DNA of 64,000 bases, from positions 87,482,001-87,546,000 of the forward strand of contig OZ024747.1 in NCBI GenBank assembly GCA_964016885.1, given 5' to 3'. The notes beneath the pieces were generated by a model. It was not told where the DNA came from and searched no databases. It saw nothing but the letters and a program-made list of their open reading frames with translations. Each line of letters opens with the position of its first letter. Position 1 is the first letter of the stretch. The DNA comes from Eledone cirrhosa (taxonomy: Eukaryota). Below, piece by piece: positions 1-12,295 of the stretch. The position numbers and the translations under genes were made by a program.

Positions 1-804
1 TATTTTTGTTGTTATTTTTAATGCTTTCACAGAGGATAAGCTTTCCAATTCTATCAAAAGCCATTCAAGAGTTCCAGGAGGCCAGATGAGTTGACTTGGC
101 AAGAATGACCAATGGATTGCATGTTATCAACTCCTATCACATGTTCCTTCTGCTAAAGAACTGCTTCCAGCTCCTCAAACTCCTCTTTCTGCTGTACAAT
201 ACACTTTGCCCTTCTTACATGAAACATCTTGACAAACTTAGTGTCACTTGCAATATTCAATTTGGTAACTCTTTTAAAAGCACTTTTTATTACTCTAGCT
301 TTCACTAATCAAATCCTTCTACATTCAACTTAATACTTTAGTCAAAAATAAGTTTCACCATTAAAACTGTCCATCCAAGCCAGCACCCCCCCCCCCCCCT
401 CTTCCCACCAAATTCTATTTCTACTTCTCCTCCTCATTCTAAAGCTTTCACTATGCCTCACTTCTCAGACTCCTTCCACAAAGACTCTATCTAATCCTTC
501 CTCCCCAGAAATATTAGTCCCTCTGGAATTACCCCCAACTATATTTTTCTACAGACACTCACCTAAAAACGTTTAAGCTGAATATCAACCACATCAATCT
601 CACCATCTTAGGAGTACTGCTTCTTCTCTACTTCATCCATTGACTAAATTTTTTAATCCATTTTTTTCTGATATAATCTAACATGGACTACAATATACAA
701 TTTACCTACAGTGGGATGTGATTTGAGATAGATTTGACTGCTATTTCTAACAAGCTTGGGGATCATGTAGAGGCTCTCCCAGTTTTCACAAAATGTCCAT
801 ACTT

Positions 805-1763
805 TCATCATCATCATCATCATCACCGTTTTACGTCCGTTCTTCCACGCTAGCATGGGTTAGACGGGTTGTCCTGTTGTGGGCAGTGTCTGGTCGGCTG
901 ACCATGCCTTGCTCATACAGGAACTGATCTGGCTTGATTTCTACAGCTGGATGCCCTTCCTAACACCAACCTCATTTACAGTGAGTGCTGGGTGCTTTTT
1001 CGTGGCGCCTACACGTCCACTTTACAGTGTGGGCTGGGTGCTTTTTTGCCGTGGCACCTCCACGACCACCTTGCGGTGGGGGGGGGGGGGGGCATATTGT
1101 TTATATGCTTCAGCATGTACCCATGGGAGGTCGGGTACCCTGTATTACTGCGTGACGCCAGAAGTCACGGTCGTGTGTCATTGACTTTGAGAGGTGTAGT
1201 TGGGTAAGGTCGGCTTTTATCACCTCATCCCAAGTCATCTTGGGTCTCCCCACTCCGCGGTTTCCATCAACTTCTAGTGCTCTGCACCTTTTTATGCAGC
1301 TGTCATCCTTCATACGCATCACATGTCCATACCAGCGTAACCGCCTCTCCTGCACGCAGCATTTGATTCCTCTTATGCTCAGTCTCTCTCTCAATTCATT
1401 TATGCTTTGTCGTTCACGTATATTACTGTTACACATCCATCGGAGCATGCAGGCTTCGTTTCTCTCTAATCTACGTAAGTCTTCCACCTTCAGCGCCCAG
1501 GTCTCACTACCATGCAACATCGCTGTTCGGATACACGCATCATACAGTCTGCCTTTCATTCTGAGGGAGAAGCCTTTTGCAGCTAGCAGTGGTAGTAGTT
1601 CCCTAAACTTCTTCCATCCCGTTCTTACCCTAGTTATTGTACTTTCTGAGCACCCACCTCCGTTGCTAATTCGGTCACCTAGGTAGCAGAAGCTGTCTAC
1701 TGTTTCTACAGGGCCCTCCCAGAATTTATGAATATCTATTTTAGCTAAATTGTACTCTCTCAT
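805..1763 (-). mobile_element. 5'-truncated RTE-clade LINE (RT C-terminal part, 3' UTR, (GAT)n tail)
   Basis: ORF 1110-1763 has VDSFCYLGDRIS...RVRTGWKKFRELLPLL...[12 protein letters not shown]...GRPKMTW, typical of the RTE RT C-terminus. It is followed by the GGTGTTAGGAAGGGCATCCAGC UTR motif and a (CAT)n tail at ~806-825. Confidence 0.9.
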
Positions 1764-2401
1764 AGATTTGTTAGGTATCTTTTTTTATTGATATTCCATC
1801 CCAGTTTTAGAATAGATGCACCATGCCCTTATATGTCATTGAAGTTACTAAAAGGTGTTGGCAACAAGGTGGACATCCAGCTGTAAAGGCACCACTTCAG
1901 AAAACCTGTCCAAACTATACCAACATGGGGAGGCGATAATAATCACATCATCATTACCCATTCTCACCAGGTCACCATTTATTACAAATTTAAGAAATAT
2001 TTTCACTTAGTTTTCATCATCTAATTACATCACGATCACACCAGTCACGGTATGTGCAATTTATGAACATTTCATCACCCTACAGTCACTCTCATCACTT
2101 TTATTATGATAACTAAACTCTATTAACAGCTACTGTTGACCTAGTTCTCCCTGTCAGGTTCTCTCCATTATCCCAGGAGACTTCCATCTCATAAACAATT
2201 TCTTTTTAACTGCTGTCTACTTTCATTTTAATTTATCCATTTATTCAAAGTTTTCATATTGAATATAATTATTAGAATACGTATCTCTGAATATCTCTTT
2301 AATCTATAACACTTATTCGCGGGTCTGTATATGAATATCTTTGTATAGATATTTATGTAAACTTCTGTAAATGTATATGTGCATGTGTATACAATCCTTA
2401 A

Positions 2402-2655
2402 CCCTTTTGATACTAAACTGCCTGAAATTCCCCCTGGTTCTATATTATATAACTGTTAGTTTTAAAGTGAAAAACCTTATTTATCTAAAATTCCTCTATC
2501 ATAATTTTATATAAGGACTTGCACTAAGTGATGTTCCAAAGACCAGCTTAATAAGAAAGTTTATTTTACTAAGTCTCTCTAATATACTTGATTATTTTCT
2601 AAATTATTTGAAAACCATAAGTTGTGCTTTCATTAAAAATACTGCAACAAAAGGG
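2402..2655. mobile_element. TTAA-flanked MITE (piggyBac-like ends), family A
   Basis: TTAA|CCCTTTTG...CAAAAGGG|TTAA. Related decayed copies lie near 13.2, 15.4, 21.4, 36.8, 40.7, 55.6 and 58.6 kb. Confidence 0.6.
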
Positions 2656-4227
2656 TTAATATTGTATATATGTATGTTATATCCATTAATATCTATCACT
2701 CAAGGCTATATTCAGTACTACCATCATTTTCTCTCCTCCATGAGATTCTTACCTGTCATCCACCACTCTCTATTACTATACCACATGTTTTCTCATACCA
2801 TCACACATCCCTATCATATTCACATTGCTCATGTTGTTTTTACTGAACCAACATGTAGCTACCATTGTCCCTCTCCCTGTCCTATCAACCTATCTGTTTC
2901 CCTCTTCACACTTATATTTATACTCTTTCCTCTTTCAATTTCTTTACCATCACCCCTCCTCCAAATCATACCCCCTCAAACACATGTGCTTTGAAAGAAT
3001 CTTCACACCTTGTAGGAATTTTTTTATTCTTTAATTTGATTTAGACATGTTGGATAAGGCCATGCTGGAACAATGTAGTTGTAGATATACAATAAGTCAA
3101 ATACTCATGATTGAAACTCGTTTGATCATAGCTCTACACAACAACATTATCATCAACAATCACATCAACAATCACATCAACAACAGCAGCAATGAAGATT
3201 TTTCAACATATTCTTAAAATGGATAAGAATGGACTGTAGAAGCTGATAAAATTACATAATGACATTGACTGAGAATAGAGATCAAATGTTTTAGGAACAA
3301 TTGTAACTCTTCAGAGTCTTGGGGTACTTTTGGGGGGTTTGTTAAGATGGAATGTAGTGAACTTGCAGCTGCTGGGGGCTGGGGTTGCTGGGATGATTAG
3401 AAGGGAGTTGAAGATGGAAGTAACTTTAGTTCCTATTATCTTTTCTCTTATGCATGCTTAGAATCATTTCAAATGATAATGTTACTGAAAATAAGATTCC
3501 TTGAAAAGATAAGTTTAGTAAATAATCTGTACTTCTTCAGTATTTTTGTGCTCCCAGCATATAAAAAGTTGTCCTTAGTTGTACACAGTATTATTTATAA
3601 TATAGTAGTATCATTAAAATCATTTGTATGCAGATATTTTTTTTATGTGGTTATTCCTTTTAATTTTTCTTTCCTTATTTTGGCAGAAGTCCATGGAGGG
3701 TAAGGATAGCCTCTATATTAGATGTTTATAAAATAAATATATTCAGTTTATTGATTTCCCTATCAAATAAAATAATAACATGTTCCCCCTTCTTCACTTG
3801 GTTGTAGGCTATGTTTGAATGAATCAAAATAAATCAGGCTATAATTGAAAAGATAGTGTTTGTTTTAACTAGATTTTATCTTTAAAAAAATAGTAGCCGT
3901 ATTTGATTTATTTTGTTTTCTCATTTCTGTATCAGCTTTTATTTGTAAAGTAAGTAAAAGCTCTATTTCCTCAAGGACTATCCAAATGTAGTGTCAATGG
4001 CATAATAGAGAACTTATTCTCAGTATAAACCTTAAATCAGAGTATGAGAAAGAGAGAAAGAGAGAGAGATGTATTTAAAAAGCTATGATAGACTCTGTAG
4101 TTAGAAACTTCAAACATTTTCAGATCTTAATAGTCATGGTGTTGTTGTTTAACAGACCTATGAAATAAGGCATTTCACTCATGACCACTCGGTTGTTTCA
4201 TGAGTATGTAAGACTATTATCTAAAGT

Positions 4228-5447
4228 ATACTTAGAGCTTTTTAGTTTCACTTGCAACCGTTCTTAACTACTATGCCTATAATGAACCAATGATGAAGCC
4301 TCTACATGACCACTTGACCTGTTAGAAATAAGAGTGTAAATAAATCTCCCTCAATCCAGACACTACACACTTTTATAAAGACATGAGGATACTTTAGATC
4401 AAAGGTTCTCAATGGGGAGCATATGCACCCCCGGGGGGCGTTTGGGAGCAAGGTTGCGTTAGGGGGGCATTTAGAGCTGGGGGAGGGGGTAAGGGGGGCG
4501 CTGGAAGGCTCTTTATTTTGTTAAGTTTTATAAGCCATATTTGTATGTCTTTGAGACAGCCAGTGTGAATGCATTTGAATGAGCTTGCAGACAACATAAC
4601 TATAGTCTGACCGCAGGTGTGAGCAGGTGTGCAGGCATGTCCGCTAATTGAGATCCTAAAAAGGGAAAAACCCACAGTCACCTGGGTTAAAGACACTTTG
4701 AGCGCAGCCAGTTAGAATCTTATCTTTCCTTCACCAATAACAATGTATTTCATGTCTGAAATTATTGACTCAACCGCAACGAGTTAACACTATGTAGATC
4801 TATTTTATTCCCTATTGTATAAATAATATTACAAATAAAAAAAAAAGAAAAGAAAAAACAGAAGCGGGTAGCACACACATCTAGGACCACATACAACACA
4901 TAATCAGATAATACACACATCTTTGGAATATTGTTAATCAATTTTTTATTAATCTACTGATATAAAAATCAGTAGTATATTGAAAAATGGAAAAATAGGG
5001 GGGGGGGGGCCTTTCGTGATTTCGAGGGACAATTTGGTTTAAATGGGTTGAGAACCTGTGCTTTAGATAATTGTTTCTACTTTTGGCACAAGGCCAGCAA
5101 TTACCCAGTGCATTACTGCTACTTTATTTTATCGACCCCGTAAGGATGAAAGGCAAAGTTAACCTCAAATCCCACTGAGGTTAACTTTGCCTTTCATCCT
5201 TATGGGGATCGATAAAATAAAGTACCAGTAATGCACTGGGTAATTGCTGGCCTTGTGCCAAAAGTAGAAACAATTATCTAAAGTATCCTCATGTCTTTAT
5301 AAAAGTGTGTAGTGTCTGGATTGAGGGAGATTTATTTACACTCTTATTTCTAACAGGTCAAGTGGTCATGTAGAGGCTTCATCATTGGTTCATTATAGGC
5401 ATGGTAGTTAAGAACGGTTGCAAGTGAAACTAAAAAGCTCTAAGTAT
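4228..5447. repeat. Long inverted duplication centred on a SINE (left arm 4228-4399 plus 5069-5167; right arm 5176-5447)
   Basis: The arms are near-perfect reverse complements once the MITE at 4400-5060 is removed. 14-bp direct repeat ATTATCTAAAGTAT at 4216-4229 and 5273-5286. Confidence 0.9.
4400..5060 (+). mobile_element. hAT (Buster-type) MITE, internal-deletion derivative of the element at 42071-45148
   Basis: TIRs CAAAGGTTCTCAA / TTGAGAACCTGTG. 8-bp TSD CTTTAGAT (4392-4399, 5061-5068) with central TA. Both ends match the ends of the 42-45 kb element in reverse orientation. Confidence 0.92.
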
Positions 5448-6095
5448 GACTTTTTCAAACATAGTTTTATATACAATATAGAGTTAACTCACTTGTACAT
5501 TCAATATAATGCTGATATAGTTTTATACATAATATAGAGTTAACGCACATGTTTATTAAATATAATACTGATATAGTAATATGGAGTTAAACCAACTGTG
5601 TATTAGCTGTGATACTTATATAATTTCATATACAACAAAGTGTTAGCGCACAAACACACATGAACATATCATATATGGAAATGATTTCATGATCTCATAT
5701 TATACTAAACGTACATAAACTGTGTCATCTAACCTTTTTGCATTTGTATGTACACACCCTCACTCATGCTCCACCCCACTCTCTCTCGCTTCCGTGCACA
5801 CACACACACACAAAAACCTACCTGAGCTAGTCTCATCACAATGTTTTATATTTCACTATAAATCATAAATCAATTAATTTAAAGGAGCAGGCATATCTTT
5901 GTATAGTGAAGTGTGTTCAATTTTAGGTTTAAGAGTTCACCTCACTCTACTTGTCCTGTTTTGTTGCTTAAGGAATTTGTTTAGTTGACACTGACTACTT
6001 CTTGCCTGGTTGGTTTTCACGGGCTGACTAGCTATTATCAGATTGCTGCATAATGGATCTCTCTCTCTAATGAATATATATATATTATATATAGG

Positions 6096-6229
6096 AAAAG
6101 GTTCAGGACCCCGACGGCAGAGCTCAAGCCGTTTCGATGGCTATTTCTGAGTCCAGAAATAGCCGTTGAACGGCTTGAGCTCTGCCATCAAGGTCCTGAA
6201 CCTTTTCTGGACTCAGAAATAGCCGTCGA
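6096..6229. repeat. Palindromic element embedded in (TA)n; related copy at 52084-52146
   Basis: GAAAAGGTTCAGGACC...GAGCTCAAGCCGTT is followed by its reverse complement around the hairpin GGCTATTTCTG-AGTC-CAGAAATAGCC. Confidence 0.75.
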
Positions 6230-6373
6230 TATATATATATATATATACGGAGTAACAGATTATTCTTATAGGTAGTCCACTTAAGTGTAGTCCATTGTTA
6301 GTATTGTTGTTATTGTTCTGATTGAATGCCATTACTACTATATATAGTAGCCATGCCTGTATATTCCTTTCAT

Positions 6374-6494
6374 TCTCACAAGCTCTGATGAATTGACTGG
6401 TTATAACTTTGTATTGGTGATCGAATAACGTGAAAACAAGCGGGTAGCGATCTCTAGACCTACCAGTTCAGAGAAACAATTGTCAGCAATGAGA
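6374..6494 (+). ncRNA. Type I hammerhead ribozyme motif (family A) in a probable PLE terminal repeat (~6248-6543)
   Basis: CTGATGA at 6385-6391 and GAAA at 6473-6476. Palindromic stem III ACAATTGT with GTC cleavage triplet (C6484). Stem I GCT/AGC plus TCTCA/TGAGA. Stem II TGACTGGT/ACCAGTTCA encloses a long insert. Confidence 0.75.
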
Positions 6495-6630
6495 TTAAAA
6501 ACCTTTTTTGTATAGCAAACCGTGTCACTCTTCTTTTCTGATTTATATATATATATTTATATTTATTCATTAAAACAACAAAAGAAGGCCAAACTGGGAT
6601 ATTTACTATTAGATTTTTAATTTCATGAAA

Positions 6631-6706
6631 GCACTATACATATTTTGATGGTCTAGCTCTATGATACGATTATGATGCAAGACTAGGCAATTTCATCAGA
6701 TGTTAT
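6631..6706 (-). ncRNA. Decayed hammerhead-like motif in a probable PLE tail
   Basis: The minus strand reads CTGATGA-ATTGCCTAG...CTAGACCAT-CAAAATATGTA. CGAAA appears mutated to CAAAA and stem II is imperfect. Confidence 0.35.
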
Positions 6707-7214
6707 TTTCAGAATTATGTTACAGGATTACATTGAACCCAAACATAGAATAGAAGATAGGATATTTTAAAAAAATAGAAGATAGAAAACAGAAAATTCA
6801 ATTCGGGTTTGGTGTTATATCAATAGCAAACAGTCAAAAATGACACTAGATGCCAGCTTTATGTGCTGGTAGGTGTGGTGGAGGTGGTAGGGGTTGTCAA
6901 GTGGTGACAGAGATACATCCATTACACCCAGGGCTTCTCTGCCAAGGGTATTAATGTATTGGTCATTGGTCAGACAAGTCAGTTTACTGTGATGGTATTT
7001 AAAGGGCAAACAGAGCTATGTAAAATTTAAAAATAAACAAATAGGAAAAATAATAATATTGACATGAATAGAATAGAAAAATATATATAACACACTCTCT
7101 CTCTCTCTCTCCCTCTGTACCTTAATATGTACTCAGCATTTCCAACTGTAAACAGCCGATATATCTACCTGTTGTAGTATCACAACTTTTTACAGAATAA
7201 GTTTCAAAATATAG

Positions 7215-7872
7215 TTTATAACTAGAGAAACTGAGTATATGAGGGATCAGATGCAGTGAGCAAAAGAGGAGATTGCATTGGTACAGCCATGTATGAAGGA
7301 TGACAGCTGTATAAAAGGGTGATCAAAGTTCATGGCAGCTATGGAGTAAGATGACATAGGAAGACCTTGAATGAGGTGTTAAAAGCTGACTTTGCACAAT
7401 TGCACCTCTCAAAGACAATGACACAGGACCGAGATCTTTGGCATTATGTAGTAATACAGAAGACCCGCTATCCCATTTGCACAGGTTGAAGCATACATCT
7501 AGTATGCACCACTTAACTTCTACCCTCCCTCTCCCTTCCATACATCCCTCACGCCCTAACACTCCACCCACATCCTAATCCCCCCACCACCTCAGTCACC
7601 AGTCCACACTGTAAAGTGGTCATGCTGGTATCACAACAAAAAGCACCCCAGCCCACACTGTAAAGTGGTTGTGAATTGCCACAACAAAAATCACCCAGCA
7701 CACATTGTAAATGTGGTTGGCATTAGGTTGGGCATCTAGCTGTAGAATCCAAGCCAGAAACTGTTCTGTATGAGCAAGAAACGGTCATCTGACCTGACTT
7801 GCCTCAAATAGGACAATCTGTCTAACCCATTCTGGTGTGGAAAATATACGTTAAGCAATGATGATGATGGTG
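7215..7872 (+). mobile_element. Decayed RTE LINE 3' end
   Basis: Degenerate match to the RT C-terminus of the 1.1 kb and 24.9 kb copies (GGGATCAGATG...GATGACAGCTGTATAAAA), then the UTR motif and (GAT)n tail. Confidence 0.7.
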
Positions 7873-8423
7873 ATATATATATATATATATGCATACATAC
7901 ACACCCATTGTTATTACTACTATATATATATATATATACAAGTACATATATATATATACACATAAATACACGTATATCTTAATTTATCATTCTGCCCCTT
8001 TTTTAGTCTCTCTGTATATATGTGTGTTTACATATACACACACATAATTCCAACCAACAGCATAAGACCTAAGTTTCATAGATGCTGAAATACAGGTTTG
8101 TCAGTACCTAATGTTTATCTCTCTTATCAATATTTCTAGTTCTTAACCCCCACTACACTACCATTCCACACATTTTTACTTACAGCATATTCCTCTCCCT
8201 TTCCCTTTCCATCACTTTAACTCTATCTATCTATCTATCTATCTTATACACACCTTTATTAGTTACTATATATATATATATCTTATACACACCTTTATTT
8301 GTTACTATATATATATATATATCATCATCATCATGGACCCCAGTCCATATCATTCCACTGCATCTCATTTCTACAGCTGAGTAAACTGGAGCAATGTGAA
8401 ATAAAGTGTCTTGCTCAAGGAAA

Positions 8424-8453
<30 letters not shown>

Positions 8454-8454
<1 letters not shown>

Positions 8455-8604
8455 ACAAATTTAATATAGAAATGGCTTCTACAGGATCAATAAAACAGTT
8501 CTAGTCCTGTAGAAGCCATTTCTATATTAAATTTGTTGTATACACTCTACTAATGTATTGATTACTTTACTTACTGTGGTTACCCCCAATTGAACCCGGG
8601 ACTC
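8454..8604 (+). mobile_element. Short insert with a 33-bp 5' inverted repeat within (TA)n; probable PLE terminal fragment
   Basis: Arms 8454-8486 and 8505-8537 are perfect reverse complements with an 18-nt spacer; TA tracts on both sides. Confidence 0.5.
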
Positions 8605-10739
8605 ATATATATAATATAATATAATTTGGTCTTAGATTCCCTGCACAGAAGAAAAATTTAGGGTGCTCATAGCAGGAATGTATTTGCTGATATATCTACT
8701 GAAGCAGAGCTAACTTAAGGCTAAACAACACCTATACATACAGTACATAGTTGCACAATCTGCTTGAAATAACACTCAAATCTCTATAAAATCACACTCT
8801 GTCATCTTAAAAAAGGAAGAAAACATGTCTTCAGAATAATGTAGACCTAGATACTTTATACCTTATACAAATACAAAATGGTTGATCACTGCTTGAACAC
8901 CTTTAGGTCTGCTCACCTGAGGCAGACCTGGGGCTAAACAACAACTACAAATATTAGTCCCTATATTTATAGCATTTTTTCTTCAAAATCACACTCCATT
9001 ATCATCATTTACATTGGCTTTTCATGATGATATAGGCCAAAAAGGTTGTTAAAAACCAGGACAGTAATTGGAACTATTGTTCTTGACAGCTCAGATGCAC
9101 TCTATTTTGCCCTTTTTAATGCTAACCACTTTGGAGACCTTTGCTAATACAGTCATAGATATATATAAAAAAAAAGTATTGGATGGTCATGGCTGTGACA
9201 TCTTTGATTATAGGTCTGCTGGAACAAGGCTGACTTGGGACCAAACAACAACAATATTGGTTGAATATCCTATCCAAATAAAGCTATGTGTCTTTTATTC
9301 CTTTCAACCCATAAGTTAGCAGGTGGGTGGGGTAGAGGGTTATGAACTTTTGTGTTTCATAAAAGAAGGTAAAAAAAAGGTCACCCTATGACTGACTTTT
9401 TGGTACTTTTAGCTGTGGAATAAGATATATTAGGTTATATGATACTCAAGATAACCACTTTTTAAAAGCGCCACCGGCATTGCATTTCCTCTATCTTAGC
9501 AAATATACACAAAGAATTGTAGAGTGCAAGGGAATGACTTGTCTCAGGTGCAGTTATATATCACAAAGGACTTGACATCATGCTCTTCTATTTCTCTTTA
9601 CATTTAAAACCTACCAAAGTTTGGATTGGCCAAAAATATATCCTAAGTTGATGATCAAATTGTGGAGGTAAGTTATGAAAGAGAAATAAAGAATAATGAA
9701 GGTGGCAAATTGGTAGAGTCTTAGTGTATTGAATAGATTGCCTTCCAATATTTGTTGTGGCTATCCTACACTCGATGTTCAAATCCCACTGACATTGACT
9801 TTACTTTTCATACTTTTTTATTCAATAAAGTACTTCTAAAGTGGCTTCTATTCCTCATATAAACAAGTTAACAAGATATTCTCTACATAGGCACTTGATC
9901 TAATAGAAATAGCAGTCAAATCTCCTTAAAATCACATCCTACTATTTTAAAGAAAGAATATACGAAACATTGGATAATGCAGTCTTGGAGAAACTATATC
10001 TAAAAAAAACCCACAAATGACAGGATAGTCACAGTTGAAACAGCTTTGATCGTGGGTCTTTTCTACCAGAGCTGGGACTAAATGACAACAGCTATAACAA
10101 TAATCATCAAAGCCTCATTAACTAATGTAACTCCCAGATCACTATTGATGGAGCCTTTAGGTGACTACTTGACCTGCTGGAAATAGCAGTCCTTCAAGTC
10201 TCACATATTCTTTTACTGTGGCTATTCTGAGGCACCGCTCTGAAGGAATTTAGTTGATCATAGTACTCCGTTTCTCAAGTCTGATAATTAGTTTATCGAT
10301 CACATTTTGTCGAACTGTTAAATTACAGGACAAACAGTAAATACAGACACAAGCACACACACATATATACATACATTCAATGAGCTACTCCACAGGCATT
10401 GGTCAATGTAAGGCTACAGTACTTGCTAACAGTGTTACAAAACCATGAGGTAGCAAAGCACACTCCTTAACCAAACAGTCATGCTTTTTTTGTTAAAATA
10501 AAAGCACATATGTAGTTCTAGCTACTTATGCCTGAAACAAATATGGGATGGTCATTACTGGAACACCTTTGATCATAGTTCCCTTCAATCCAGTCGAAAG
10601 AACAACAACAGCATTAAATTAGTTGACACACCACACTAGGTCTACTCTGTACACTACAGCTAATACAATTCACTTTGACTTCATATGAATAACTCACTTG
10701 ACTAGTGTTTACATTTCTATTATTAGCATACTATTCTAG

Positions 10740-11015
10740 TGGTGGTAGTATGCTACTACCACCACTATTACCACTGCTGCTGCCACCACTACTAACAATA
10801 CTACCACCATCACCCCTATTACTACTACCACCAACACCATTACTGTTACTCGCAACCACTATCACCAGCACTACCATCACTACCAATACTGCTATTCTAC
10901 TAGCAACCACCACTAGTGTTATTATTACTAATACCACTTCTACAACAATCACTGCCACCAAAACCACCACCACCACTGCTACTGCTACTACCACTACTAC
11001 TGTTTCTGCCACCAT
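10740..11015. repeat. Degenerate (ACC/ACT)n trinucleotide low-complexity tract
   Basis: Runs of CAC/TAC; accounts for the Thr-rich and Val-rich ORFs here. Confidence 0.85.
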
Positions 11016-11049
11016 GTGAAATAATAATGTGTGTGGTGTAAGTACCACT

Positions 11050-11690
11050 TGCTGTTTAAGGGTCAGTGTGCCTTGTGGTCCCGACAGACAGAATAGGGAA
11101 GACATTGTCCCGGAGGATGGTGAGGGTGATGTGCTGGAACTGCCACTCCAACTCACGGGGATCACACTTGTGGGTATCTAACTCCACCCTGATATCAGTG
11201 AGTAAGAATGTGGTCTGTGGGCCAAGAATACCAGAAGTTTCCACTGTGACAGGCTCAACCACAGGGAATAGCTGATTCTTTGACAGTTTGCTGTCTTCTG
11301 CCTGGTGAACAATGAATCCTGGGCTGAGAGTCAAATGTACCAGATTTCCACTGGAGGTGTCACAACATGTGGCATTCCAGATGAAAGGCCTACCTCCACA
11401 GAACTGGAGTTGACAGGAGTTCCATCCATCATGCCAGATGGCATGACAGTCCAGCCTCACTGGTTCAAGCTGTGAAGGGAAGCCTGTGTTGTCTAAGCCA
11501 TGCTTTATAATCTTGTTGAGAGTAGCATGGCATGTGATGCGGCCAGCACTATAATGTCATGACAGTGGGTGGAAACCAAAAGAAAACACAGTGGATCTGC
11601 AGCAGCTTTCGTGAGGCTCACAGATCCAGAGGTTGAGCTCCAGGGAAACACCAATGTGCAAACATCACTGTCCAGCTGAGTGCCATATCC
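11050..11690 (-). mobile_element. Decayed CRE-like non-LTR retrotransposon 3' end (restriction-like endonuclease region)
   Basis: Frameshifted translation KIIKHGLDNTGFPSQLEPVRLD...RPFIWNATCCDT...VTVETSGILGPQT...DPRELEWQFQHITLTILRDN matches the CRE-type pattern LEP..L...DG..W..T..DT...VETSG.LGP...DPRE..WLFQ. Confidence 0.7.
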
Positions 11691-12295
11691 TCCAAACAAC
11701 ATATTAACTTTTAACATCCTGTAATGGTTAAGCAGAAAATATGTTTTAAAAAATGGATTTGATAATTTAATGTTTATAGGATTTTTACCTGGCAACAGAT
11801 TGTTGTGAACATTTTTAGTAGTAGACTTCAATATTTAATGTCATGCTAATGTGGTTTCATGTGGTACAGGTTGTTAAGAGTTAAAATGAAAAGAATTATT
11901 ACTTCAATAGAGCCCTAAAAGTATTGATTATTATTAACATTAAATGAAACTTATAGGCAATATATTTCATTAGAAATATTGTCTCAGAAGGGTTAAAGTA
12001 CCATGTTAGAGCAATAAACTTAGATATGGCCAGCTGTTTTGTCTCAAGTTTCAGGAATTATACAAAGATCAAAACAGATAATTTTTTTTTTTTCACAGTT
12101 TATTGCATTTGTAATCATCGTCATCATCCTTTTATATCTGTTTACCATGTTAGCATGGGTTGGATAGGCTGCCATAGTCTGAAACAAAGTAGGTTGGATA
12201 GCCACGTCATGCTCATACGTTTCATATTTTAGCATGATTTCTATGACTGGATGCCTTTTCTAATGCCTATCACTTTTTAGGGTGTACTGGGTATA

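Noticed and set aside
10705-11165. Thr-rich mucin-like and Val-rich ORFs
   Set aside because: Explained by an (ACC/ACT)n tract; no splice or start context.
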